Below, piece by piece: positions 19,665 through 28,866 of a stretch of DNA of 64,000 nt. The stretch lies in assembly GCA_964576115.1 (NCBI GenBank), contig CAZNUA010000005.1:62001-126000 (forward strand), written 5' to 3'. Numbering within the stretch: position 1 is the first letter of the stretch; each line of letters starts with the position of its first letter. The notes below the pieces were generated by a model. It ran no database searches, had not been told where the DNA came from, and saw nothing but the letters and a program-made list of their open reading frames with translations. The position numbers were made by a program, and so were the translations under genes. This DNA is from an uncultured Gemmatimonadota bacterium. Its GTDB lineage: Bacteria; Blakebacterota; Blakebacteria; Blakebacterales; Blakebacteraceae.

Positions 19665-20800
19665 GGCTGCCTCCCGAAGGCTCCAGCAGCGTGGAAGAGG
19701 CGGGTCACACCGGTGACGATCCGGCCCAGATTGCCCCGGTGGTTGGCGATGACCGCTACCGCGAAGCCGTGATCGGGATAGCGGACAAAGAGGGTGTTGG
19801 CGCCCACGCTGCCGCCCGAATGGTGGACCTGGCGAACCCGCGTGGAATCGGGCAGAAGGGCCGAGTTCACCCGCCAGGCCAGGCCGTAGCCGTGGGGTGT
19901 GCCGTCGTTCAGGGCCTGCGGTTCGTACATGCGTTCGATGGTGTCGGGCTCGAGCAGCCGGCCGCGGGCGTAGGCGATATGCAACCGGCAGAGATCCTCC
20001 ACCGTCGAGGTGATCCCGCCCCCGGCGTACTTGTTGCTCAGGTCGACATAGGGAGCGTTGATCCATTGCCCGTCGCGGCTTTCGTACCATCGGGCCCGAC
20101 CGGACTGGATCGTGCTCCAGTCCTCCAGACCGGTCGAGTTCATCCAGGCCGGTTCGTAGACGTGCCGCCGCATGTACTCCTCGATCGGCTCGCCGCTCAC
20201 GTTCTCGACGATATTGGCCACCAGATTGAAGGCGTAGGTCGAGTAGCTGTAGCGCGTGCCCGGCTCGAAGAGCAGGGTGTCGGCGGCGAAGATCGCCAGC
20301 GGGGCGACAAGATCGTCGTAGTGGATCAGACTCAGGAATTCATCACCCCGGTAGTGCCGGATACCGGAGGTGTGGGTGAGCAGATGGCGGACGGTGATCG
20401 GCCATTGTTTGCGTGCGAACTCGGGCACGTAGGTCTGGATCTCGGCGTCTAGATCAACCAGCCCGCGTTCGACCAGCTGCATCAGGGCGGTACCCACGAC
20501 CGGTTTGCTCACGCTGCCGATACGGTAGATCGTCGAACCGGTCGCCCGGGTTCCCGACTCCAGATCGGCGAAGCCGAAGCCCTCGGACCAGACCAGCTGG
20601 TCGTTCATGACGACCGCGATCGAAAGCCCCGGCAGATGCTGTCGGGCTGTCTCGCGGGCCACGAAGGAGCGGACGGTATCGATGACAGCGCCGCTCTGGC
20701 CCACAGCGGGGGAGGCGAGGGTCGCGGCGGCGAGCACGAACAGGGCGCAGGGCAGGCGCCGGGGGCCGAAGAGTCGGGCGGGAAGTGGTGATGCGCGCAT
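19661..20800 (-). CDS. Serine hydrolase, beta-lactamase/class C-like family
   Basis: SxxK (GSVSK), LLTHTSG, YS (YSYST), HSGG; signal peptide. Confidence 0.9.
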   Translation of the reverse strand: MRASPLPARLFGPRRLPCALFVLAAATLASPAVGQSGAVIDTVRSFVARETARQHLPGLSIAVVMNDQLVWSEGFGFADLESGTRATGSTIYRIGSVSKPVVGTALMQLVERGLVDLDAEIQTYVPEFARKQWPITVRHLLTHTSGIRHYRGDEFLSLIHYDDLVAPLAIFAADTLLFEPGTRYSYSTYAFNLVANIVENVSGEPIEEYMRRHVYEPAWMNSTGLEDWSTIQSGRARWYESRDGQWINAPYVDLSNKYAGGGITSTVEDLCRLHIAYARGRLLEPDTIERMYEPQALNDGTPHGYGLAWRVNSALLPDSTRVRQVHHSGGSVGANTLFVRYPDHGFAVAVIANHRGNLGRIVTGVTRLFHAAGAFGRQP

Positions 20801-20991
20801 GGTCCTACCTCGGGAAGAAAGCGATGCGAACCCCCGCTGCCGGGGGTCTGACGCATCCAGCATGGCACAGGCGGCGGCGGGCTTCAATGTCCCAGATTCA
20901 TGCCCGTTGTGCGGTGTGAAGGGACGCCGAGTGCGAACACGGGGTGAAAGAACCGCGCCGGACGGCGTATCATGGAGAAAAGGAGGCGGAC

Positions 20992-22431
20992 ATGAACGAT
21001 CATCTTCGCCGTCGGTTCGTGATCGGGGCTCTTCTTGCGGCTCTGCTCGCATCCGGCGGTCAGACCACAGCTCAGGTCCCCGGCACTCTGGCGGGGCACT
21101 GGGAAGGCACGATCGAGATCCCCGGCAACCCCATTCCCTTCATCATGGATCTGAGCCTGGTGGGGGGGAGCTGGTCGGGGACGGTCGTCTTCCCGACCCA
21201 GACGCCGGCAGCCCTCCCCCTGGCGGGAATTGCGGTGACGGGGGACAGCCTCGTCGTTCTGCTTCCCAACGTGGCGGGCAATCCGCACTGGGCGGGGGTG
21301 TATCAGGCGGGTCGTGTGCGGGGCACATTCTACCAGTCCGGCTACTCCTTCACCTTCGAGATGGGCCGGGAACCTCTTCCGGGACCGGCCCGACCGCAGG
21401 AACCGCAGCCCCCCTTTCCCTACCGCAGCGAGGACGTCAGCTACCGCAGCACAACGGTGACTCTGGCGGGCACTCTGACCCTGCCGGCCGGGAACGGACC
21501 CTTCCCCGGTCTGCTTCTCATCAGCGGTTCGGGGGCCCAGGACCGCAACGAAGAGATATTCGGGCACAAACCCTTTCTGCTTCTGGCCGATCATCTGACC
21601 CGCTCCGGAATCGCGGTGTTGCGTCTCGATGACCGCGGGGTGGGCGGCTCAGACGCCGGTCCCCCCGGCGTCACCAGCCGGGATCTGGCCGCCGATGTGC
21701 GTCGGGGGGTGCGCTGGCTGGCCTCCCGGCCCGAGCTCGACCCCCGGCGCATCGGTCTGCTCGGGCACAGCGAAGGGGGGCTGATTGCGCCCCTGGTGGC
21801 CGCCGAATGCGATTCGGTGGCCTTCGTCATCCTGCTGGCCGGAACCGGCGTGCCCGGGCGGGAAATTCTGCTCGAACAAACCCGTCTGATCTCGGCGGCC
21901 TCGGGCCTGAACGAGGACTTTCTCGATCGTCAGTATCGGGCCCAGAACGCTCTCTTCGATCTGGTTCTCTCCGGGGCCGACTCGGCCGCGGTCTGCGAGG
22001 GCGTCCGGCGGCTGATCGATGTGCAGCTCGGCCGCCTGCCCGGCGAGCACGGTGGGCTCGACGAGACGGCCTATGAACGGCAGGTCAGGGCGGCCTACGC
22101 TCGGGTCGATCATCCCTGGTTCCGGTTCTTTCTCGCCTGCGATCCCCGCCCGCTGCTGCAGCAGGTCGCCTGCCCCGTGCTGGCGCTCAACGGTACCCTC
22201 GACCTGCAGGTCTCGGCTGCCCAGAACCTGCCCGAGATCCTGCGGGCTCTGCTTGCAGGCGGTAACGGGGATGTCACCGTCCGGGCCCTGGGGGATCTCA
22301 ACCATCTCTTCCAGACCGCCGGGAGCGGATTGCTGACCGAGTACGCGCAGATCGAGGAAACGATCGCCCCGGTCGTTCTGGAACTCATCGCCCGCTGGCT
22401 GCACGAGCGGTTCGGTCCCGGAACGGGCTGA
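20992..22431 (+). CDS. Secreted alpha/beta hydrolase (S9/S15-like)
   Basis: RPQEP.PPFPY, LAGTLTLP, GSGAQDRNE, GHSEGG nucleophile, DLQV, LNHLFQ; ATG follows AAGGAGG. Confidence 0.88.
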   Translation: MNDHLRRRFVIGALLAALLASGGQTTAQVPGTLAGHWEGTIEIPGNPIPFIMDLSLVGGSWSGTVVFPTQTPAALPLAGIAVTGDSLVVLLPNVAGNPHWAGVYQAGRVRGTFYQSGYSFTFEMGREPLPGPARPQEPQPPFPYRSEDVSYRSTTVTLAGTLTLPAGNGPFPGLLLISGSGAQDRNEEIFGHKPFLLLADHLTRSGIAVLRLDDRGVGGSDAGPPGVTSRDLAADVRRGVRWLASRPELDPRRIGLLGHSEGGLIAPLVAAECDSVAFVILLAGTGVPGREILLEQTRLISAASGLNEDFLDRQYRAQNALFDLVLSGADSAAVCEGVRRLIDVQLGRLPGEHGGLDETAYERQVRAAYARVDHPWFRFFLACDPRPLLQQVACPVLALNGTLDLQVSAAQNLPEILRALLAGGNGDVTVRALGDLNHLFQTAGSGLLTEYAQIEETIAPVVLELIARWLHERFGPGTG

Positions 22432-23522
22432 TGGAGGACCCCGGGCGCGTCGTCGTCGCCATGAGCGGCGGGGTGGATTCTTCTCTGGCGGCTCTGCTCC
22501 TGGCCGAAGCGGGCTGGGAGGTCACAGGCGTGACTCTGCAACTGCGGGACGGAGCCGACGAACGGGGAAGCGGTGACGGGGTTGCGAGTGCTCGCCAGGC
22601 CGTCGAGGCGGCCGGGGGAACCCACCGCCTCGTCGACGCCCGTTCGGAGTTCACCGACCTCGTCATCCGGGATTTCGCGGCCGAGTACGCCTCGGGGCGT
22701 ACCCCCAATCCCTGCGTGCGCTGCAACGAGCGGCTCAAATGGGTGATCCTGCAGCGCGAAGCCCGGGCTATCGGCGCCGATCGTATCGCCACCGGCCACT
22801 ACGCCCGGATCGGAAGGGGAGCGCAGGGGCCGGTGCTGCAGACCGCCCGAGACAGAGCCCGGGACCAGAGCTATGTGCTCTGGCGTCTGGGGCGACCGGC
22901 GCTGGTTTCCACACTCTTTCCCCTGGGCGGGATGACCAAGAAGGAGGTCGTCGATACCGCCCGGCGGTTCGGTCTCGCGGCGGCCGGGCACAAGGAAAGT
23001 CAGGATATCTGCTTTGTGGATTGCGAGGGGTACGACGCCTTTCTGGATCGTATCGGTCCCGAACTCGAGGATTCCCGGCTCGCCTCGGACCTGCGCCGGG
23101 CGCTGGAGCCGGGCGAGATCGTCGACCACCGGGGAGAGGTCCTTGGAACTCACCGGGGCATAGCCCGTTACACCATCGGCCAGCGGCACGGACTGGGCCT
23201 GGCCGCCGGACGGCCCCTGTATGTCACAGCCATCGACCGGGCGACCGGTCGCCTCGTCGTGGGCGAAGCCGCGGCCCTGGAACGCACCGACCTGCGGGCC
23301 GGTGAAGCCAACTGGATCTCGATTCCTCCCCCCTCCGAACCCTTCGAGGCCGAGGTCCGGATCAGGTACCGCGGTCCCCGTATCCGGGCTCTGATACTCC
23401 CCGGGAACGGAGCCGATTTCACAGCCCGCTTCGCTACTCGGCAGCGGGCTGTGACCCCGGGGCAATCAGCGGTTCTCTACGACGGCGAGATCGTCCTGGG
23501 CGGAGGTATTATTACTGATTAG
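22431..23522 (+). CDS. mnmA: tRNA-specific 2-thiouridylase
   Basis: SGGVDSS PP-loop, TPNPCVRCN, ATGHY, DQSY, ESQDICF, TPGQ. Confidence 0.96.
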   Translation: MEDPGRVVVAMSGGVDSSLAALLLAEAGWEVTGVTLQLRDGADERGSGDGVASARQAVEAAGGTHRLVDARSEFTDLVIRDFAAEYASGRTPNPCVRCNERLKWVILQREARAIGADRIATGHYARIGRGAQGPVLQTARDRARDQSYVLWRLGRPALVSTLFPLGGMTKKEVVDTARRFGLAAAGHKESQDICFVDCEGYDAFLDRIGPELEDSRLASDLRRALEPGEIVDHRGEVLGTHRGIARYTIGQRHGLGLAAGRPLYVTAIDRATGRLVVGEAAALERTDLRAGEANWISIPPPSEPFEAEVRIRYRGPRIRALILPGNGADFTARFATRQRAVTPGQSAVLYDGEIVLGGGIITD

Positions 23523-23608
23523 TGTCCAGAGGCGGGAACCGTCTCCGGAACGCAGTCGGGGTAGTGGGAGAGGGTGCTGCCATGGGCCTTGCGGACGACA
23601 GAGAGGGT

Positions 23609-24523
23609 ATGAAACTCCGATTCTGGATCGAGTACCTCCTGCTGCGCACGGTCGGATTCGTGGCCGCGATTCTGCCCCGGCCGCTGGCGATCGGTCTGGT
23701 CAAGGGGTTGGGGGTAATCGCTTTCGATGTCTTCCGAACCGGCCGATCCATCGCTCTCGCAAACCTGCGCGACGCCTTTCCCGACTTCACTCCCGGTCGT
23801 CGTCGCCGGATCGCCCGGGCCTCGCTGGCCAACCTGGCTGTTGTCGGCATGGAGATGCTCCGATCCCGCTGGCGGCGACCCGAACGCGTCCTGAAGCTCG
23901 TCGATCTCGATCCCGAGTCCGACCGGCTCTATCGCGACCTGATGGAGCAGGGCCGGGGGGTCGTCTTCGTGGGCGGCCACTACTGCAACTGGGAACTGCT
24001 GGGTGCCCGTATCGCCGCTTCGGGCTATCCCGCCGTCGCGGTGGCCCAGGATCAGCGCAATCCGCTCATCAATCGTGAGATCGATACCATCCGCAACCAC
24101 CTCGGTATCCGCCTGGTGCACCGCGGTACCGAGGTGCGCCAGTTGATCGGTGTGCTGCGATCGGGGGGGGCGGTCATGCTTCTGGCCGATCAGGAAACCC
24201 GGCCGGGATACGGCATCTTCGCCGACTTTTTCGGCAAACCCGCCTGGACCTTCAAGGGGCCGGCCACCTTCGCGGCCCGCTACCGGATTCCCCTGCTGGC
24301 CGCCAGCATCCATCGGCGCCGGGGCCGCTACCGCGCCCGCTACGATCGGCTCGACAATTGCGTCCTGGCCGGACTCCCCCCGGGAGCCGACGAAGCGATG
24401 CGCATCCGCTGCCTGACCGACGCTTTCAACGCCTGGCTCGAAGAACTGATTACCCGCGATCCCTACCAGTACCTCTGGCTCCATCGCCGCTGGGAACACT
24501 GGCCGGTCGGGACGACCCCATGA
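23609..24523 (+). CDS. Lipid A late acyltransferase-like (LpxL/HtrB family), copy 1
   Basis: GHYCNWE (HxxxxE), LADQ, FFGKPA, DPYQYLWLHRRW. Confidence 0.88.
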   Translation: MKLRFWIEYLLLRTVGFVAAILPRPLAIGLVKGLGVIAFDVFRTGRSIALANLRDAFPDFTPGRRRRIARASLANLAVVGMEMLRSRWRRPERVLKLVDLDPESDRLYRDLMEQGRGVVFVGGHYCNWELLGARIAASGYPAVAVAQDQRNPLINREIDTIRNHLGIRLVHRGTEVRQLIGVLRSGGAVMLLADQETRPGYGIFADFFGKPAWTFKGPATFAARYRIPLLAASIHRRRGRYRARYDRLDNCVLAGLPPGADEAMRIRCLTDAFNAWLEELITRDPYQYLWLHRRWEHWPVGTTP

Positions 24524-25485
24524 GTGCGGTACCCGCTCCGATCACGCCCGGACGGCACCTGCGCTATCGCCTGGAGTACTCTCTGCTGGTGCTCTGCGGG
24601 GCCGTGGCGGGGATCCTGCCGCGTTCGCTCATGCTCGGTCTGAGTCGCCTGATCGGAACCCTCGCCTTCGATCTGGTGCGCATCCGGCGCCGGGTTACCC
24701 TGGCCAACCTGGCGTGCGCCTTCCCCGACTCTGCTCAATCCCGGCGCCGCCGGATCGGCCGGGCGGCTTATGTCAACCTGGCCGTCGTCGGGCTGGAGAT
24801 GCTGCGGGCCCGCCGGCTCGAACCCGATCGGGTTATCGCCCTGGTTGAGCTGGATCCCGAAAGCGAAACCCTGCTCCACAACCTGATGGGGCAGGGGCGG
24901 GGGGCGGTCGTCGTCGGCGCCCACTACGGCACCTGGGAACTGCTCGGCGCCCGGCTCGCGGCGGTCGGTTATCCCGCGGTGGCCATCATGCAGGAGCAGC
25001 GCAATCCGCTCATGAACGAGGCCCTCGTCGAGGTCAGGAAGCGGCTGGGGATCGAATTGGTGGAGAAAGAGGGCGCGGGCAAGGAGGTCATGCGTACCCT
25101 CGCTGACGGCGGTCTGGTACTGATCGTCGGCGATCAGGATGCCGGTCCCCGTCACGGGCTTTTTCTCGATTTCTTCGGGTACCCGGCCGCCACCCACGGT
25201 GCTCCGGCCGCTTTCGCCCGGCGCGCCTCGGCGCCCCTGCTCGGAGGCTGGATCCATCGCGAAGGAAAACGGTATCGAGCTTCTCTGACCCGCCTCGATA
25301 CGGCCTCTGAGGTCACCGCCGCCGGTACGGCGCGAGATGAGACCGAGGAGGCGGCCGCCGTGGCCCGCCTGACAGCGGCCTACCTGGTCTGGCTCGAAGA
25401 GGGGATTCGGCGCGATCCCGGTCAGTACCTCTGGCTGCATCGGCGCTGGAAAACGCGTCCCGGGACAGAGGCGGCCGGTTCGTGA
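24520..25485 (+). CDS. Lipid A late acyltransferase-like (LpxL/HtrB family), copy 2
   Basis: AHYGTWE, GDQD, FFGYPA, DPGQYLWLHRRWK; ATGA overlap with copy 1. Confidence 0.88.
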   Translation: MSAVPAPITPGRHLRYRLEYSLLVLCGAVAGILPRSLMLGLSRLIGTLAFDLVRIRRRVTLANLACAFPDSAQSRRRRIGRAAYVNLAVVGLEMLRARRLEPDRVIALVELDPESETLLHNLMGQGRGAVVVGAHYGTWELLGARLAAVGYPAVAIMQEQRNPLMNEALVEVRKRLGIELVEKEGAGKEVMRTLADGGLVLIVGDQDAGPRHGLFLDFFGYPAATHGAPAAFARRASAPLLGGWIHREGKRYRASLTRLDTASEVTAAGTARDETEEAAAVARLTAAYLVWLEEGIRRDPGQYLWLHRRWKTRPGTEAAGS

Positions 25486-26558
25486 AGGGCCTGGCCGTCA
25501 TCCAGACCGCTTTCCCCGGCGACGTCATCCTCACCGGCGGTCTGATCCGGTCGGTCCGGGCCCGCTGGCCCGACCTGCCGCTGGCTCTGATCGTCCGTCC
25601 CGACACCGAGGCGCTGGCTCGCATGAGCGGATCCGGTCTCGAGGTGATCGTGTTCGACAAACGGGGCGGGCATGCCGGCCGTCGGGGACTGCGCCGGCTG
25701 GCAGATGAACTGGCCGCGGGGCCCTGGGATGCGGCCCTGGTGGTGCACCGTTCGCTGCGCTCGGCCCTGCTCGCCCGTCGGGCGGGGTTTGAACTTCGGG
25801 TCGGCTTCGAACTGGGCGGCGGAGCACTGCTGCATACGGTCCGGGTGCCATACCGCCGGGGGGTGCACGAACTGGAACGAAATCACGACCTGCTCCGCGC
25901 CCTGCATGTCCGCCTCGCTCTCCGCGGTCCCGATCGTGCCGGGGCCGTCCCGGCCCTGCTCCCACCCCGGTTCACCGTCCCTGCCGAAGGATGGACCGAG
26001 CTGACCGGACTGCTGCCCGATCTGGTTGGCGCAGCTCCGCGAACGGGCCCGGTCCTGCTCGCACCCGGATCGGTCTGGCCGACCAAACGCTGGCCGGCGG
26101 CGGCCTGGGTCGAGCTGGCCCGCCGACTGGAGAGGGCCGGTGAGAAGGTGGTCTGGATCGGCGGGCCCGGCGAGGCGGCTCTGGGCGCCGAACTGGCTTC
26201 CGAATCCGGCGTCGGTCGGAATGCGGCGGGGTGCTTGAGCTGGACGGGGACAGCCGCGCTGTTGACTGCGGCCCGGATCATGGTGGCCAACGATTCGGCG
26301 CCGGTGCACCTGGCCGGAGCTCTCGACTGTCCCGTCGTGGCGCTCTTCGGTCCCACCGTACCCGGTTTCGGATTCGCTCCCTTTGCCCCGCCGAGCGTCG
26401 CTCTCGGCCTGCGGCTGGGCTGCCGGCCCTGCCGCCTGCACGGCAGTCCGCGATGCCCCGAAGGACACTTCCGCTGCCTGCACGATCTCAGACCCGAGGT
26501 GGTGGCCGACGTCGTCGCACATATCGCGGCCGGGGATCCTTCCGCTCCCGGTGACTGA
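25482..26558 (+). CDS. Glycosyltransferase family 9 (LPS heptosyltransferase, WaaF-like)
   Basis: QTAFPGDVIL, PGSVWPTKRWP, NDSAPVHLA, LFGPT, CRPC..C..GHFRC. Confidence 0.9.
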   Translation: MKGLAVIQTAFPGDVILTGGLIRSVRARWPDLPLALIVRPDTEALARMSGSGLEVIVFDKRGGHAGRRGLRRLADELAAGPWDAALVVHRSLRSALLARRAGFELRVGFELGGGALLHTVRVPYRRGVHELERNHDLLRALHVRLALRGPDRAGAVPALLPPRFTVPAEGWTELTGLLPDLVGAAPRTGPVLLAPGSVWPTKRWPAAAWVELARRLERAGEKVVWIGGPGEAALGAELASESGVGRNAAGCLSWTGTAALLTAARIMVANDSAPVHLAGALDCPVVALFGPTVPGFGFAPFAPPSVALGLRLGCRPCRLHGSPRCPEGHFRCLHDLRPEVVADVVAHIAAGDPSAPGD

Positions 26559-26596
26559 CGGCCAGAGTGCGCCCGGGAACCTCTTCGGACCGGGGG

Positions 26597-27574
26597 TTAC
26601 TTGAGGAATTCCTCCACCGTTGCCGGTGTGATGGCTGCCGTGGGCAGAGTGATCTGCTCCCCCGGGGTGATCTCGCGGCGGCCTTCCAGAATGTCGAGCG
26701 CCAGTTCGAGACCGGCTTCGCCGGGGGTGGGGTAGAGGAAGGTGGCCGACAGCACACCGTTGCGCACCCAGACGCAGCCCTCCTCGGGCAGGCCGTCGAT
26801 GCCCACGAAGCGGATCTGCTCTTCCAGCCCGGCCTCGCGGGCCGCCTGCCAGGCTCCGTACGCCATCGGATCGTTGTGGGCGTAGACGACATCGATATCG
26901 CGATGGAGCTGGAAAGCGTCCTGAGCGATAGCCTTGCCCCGGTCGAGCTTCCAGTCACCGTCGAGCCCACCGAGAAGATGCACTCCCGATTCGACCTCGA
27001 CGACGGCATGGAATCCGTCCCGGCGCTCCTGAGCGGGGGTCGAGGCGAGCGCGCCGCAGATCTCGTAGACGGTTCCCCGGGCCCGGCCGGCCCCGCCGAG
27101 CAGGTCGACTACATGTTCGGCCGCCGCCCGGCCGATCTCGAGGTTGCTCGCACCGATGAAAGCGGCGTAACCGCGAAAGGTGGTGTTGCGGTCCAGAACG
27201 ATCACCGGGATACCCATTGCGGTCGCCTCTTCGATGGCCTTCGAACAGCCGGAAGCTTCCTTGGGAGAGATGAGAATCGCATCCACCCGCTTGGTAATGA
27301 AGACCTGGATGTGCTCGACCTGATTTTCGGTCTTGTCGTCGGCGTCGAGCATGATCAGCTCGACCCGATCGCCGTACGTCTCGGCCTTCTCGGTCAGCCG
27401 GGTATTGAAGACCACCCGCCACGGTTCCTTCACCGTCACCTGACTGAAGCCGATTACCCAGGTTTTCTCTGCCTGGCCCGAGCGGCTGCAGCCGGTCGCA
27501 GCCGCCAGGGCCACACCAAGGATGACCGTGGCAGCGGGAACAGTCGCGAGAAGGGAACGGTTGCGGGTCATCAT
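26597..27574 (-). CDS. Sugar ABC transporter substrate-binding lipoprotein (RbsB-like)
   Basis: Lipobox AATGC; IGFSQ..EPWR, GIPVIVLDR, ERRDGF, AHNDPMA, GIDG. Confidence 0.9.
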   Translation of the reverse strand: MMTRNRSLLATVPAATVILGVALAAATGCSRSGQAEKTWVIGFSQVTVKEPWRVVFNTRLTEKAETYGDRVELIMLDADDKTENQVEHIQVFITKRVDAILISPKEASGCSKAIEEATAMGIPVIVLDRNTTFRGYAAFIGASNLEIGRAAAEHVVDLLGGAGRARGTVYEICGALASTPAQERRDGFHAVVEVESGVHLLGGLDGDWKLDRGKAIAQDAFQLHRDIDVVYAHNDPMAYGAWQAAREAGLEEQIRFVGIDGLPEEGCVWVRNGVLSATFLYPTPGEAGLELALDILEGRREITPGEQITLPTAAITPATVEEFLK

Positions 27575-27575
27575 C

Positions 27576-28853
27576 TCATTCCTCCGGTTGAGACCGGGTT
27601 CTGCGCCTGGAACCGGTGCCGCGGCGCCACAACCGCAGCAGGGTGCCCTCCTGGATCAATACGGCGCCCACGATGATCACGCCCTTGAGGATATCCTGCA
27701 CTTCGCTGGGGACCTCCTGCAGGTTCAGGATGTTTCCAAGGTAACCGAGAATCAGGACTCCGACCAGGGTTCCGGTCACCGTGCCCCGACCGCCCATGAG
27801 CGAGGTGCCGCCGATCACGACCGCCGCTATGGCATCGAGTTCCCAGGTCAGACCGGCATCGGACTTGCCCTGGGTATAGGCCGCGCAGTAGAGGACTCCG
27901 GCCAGGGCCGAGAGCGCCCCGCAGAGAGCGTAGACGAGGGTCTTGACCCGGTCGACCAGCACTCCCGAGAGGCGCGCGGTTTCCTCGTTGCCGCCGATGG
28001 CGTAGAGGTGCCGGCCGAAGCGGGTGCGGGTCAGGATGACTCCGACTGCAATGACCGCGGCTACGAAAAAGAGCGTGGTGACGGGCACCAGGTCGATCCC
28101 GAAAAGGGTCAGATGTCCGCTGAGGGCGTCGAACGAGGCGGGCGCGGTATGAACCGTGCCGGCCGCCTCGTAACCGGCCGCCTCGTAATAGACTGGATGG
28201 ATCTGGCCGCCTTTGCCGGCGATGAACTTGGCCAGCCCGACGGCGGCGCTCATCATGCCGAGAGTGACGATGAAAGGCTGAATCCGTCCTTTGGCGATGA
28301 TGATCCCGCTGAGCGCTCCCAGCGCCAGTCCGAGGCCGGGGACGATGAGCAGGACGGCCAGGGTGCCGAATCCCGAGGGTATCATCGTCCGGCACCAGAG
28401 GGCGGTCCCGGCGGCGAGCACGAGGCCGCCGCCGGCGGCCCCGAGACCGACACGGCGCGGATCGGAAACGAAGCGGCGCAGGATCGCGCGGGTGAGCAGA
28501 TAACCGGCCCCCAGGGCGCAGAGGACGAAGATCGGAACACTGACGGCCGTGGCGCGGGTCGGGCTGCGTTCCATGAGCAGCATGGCACAGACGACCGAGG
28601 CCAGAGAGACCAGGCTGCCGACCGAGAGATCGATGCCGGCCGTAATGATCACCATTGTCATACCGACCGCCGGCAGGGCGATGATCGAGATCCGGCCCAG
28701 CACATTGAGCTGGTTGTAGGGATTGAGGAAGGTGGCGCCGTTCAGGATCACGCCCCCGGCGAAGATCGCCGCCAGCCCGATGAAGGGACCCAGGCGTCGG
28801 GTCAGAGAATGTCCCGGTTCTCGGTCGAGTGAAAGAAGGGTCTCCTCGCTCAT
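27576..28853 (-). CDS. Sugar ABC transporter permease (RbsC-like, elongated)
   Basis: GIDLSVGS, PFIVTLG, TRFGRHLYAIGGNEETARLSG, ELDAIAAVVIGGTSLMGG. Confidence 0.92.
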   Translation of the reverse strand: MSEETLLSLDREPGHSLTRRLGPFIGLAAIFAGGVILNGATFLNPYNQLNVLGRISIIALPAVGMTMVIITAGIDLSVGSLVSLASVVCAMLLMERSPTRATAVSVPIFVLCALGAGYLLTRAILRRFVSDPRRVGLGAAGGGLVLAAGTALWCRTMIPSGFGTLAVLLIVPGLGLALGALSGIIIAKGRIQPFIVTLGMMSAAVGLAKFIAGKGGQIHPVYYEAAGYEAAGTVHTAPASFDALSGHLTLFGIDLVPVTTLFFVAAVIAVGVILTRTRFGRHLYAIGGNEETARLSGVLVDRVKTLVYALCGALSALAGVLYCAAYTQGKSDAGLTWELDAIAAVVIGGTSLMGGRGTVTGTLVGVLILGYLGNILNLQEVPSEVQDILKGVIIVGAVLIQEGTLLRLWRRGTGSRRRTRSQPEE

Positions 28854-28866
28854 ACTGTCGCCCTCC

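Noticed and set aside
19661..20800. Beta-lactamase resistance gene
   Set aside because: Generic SxxK serine hydrolase lacking class-defining motifs such as KTG, with no mobile context
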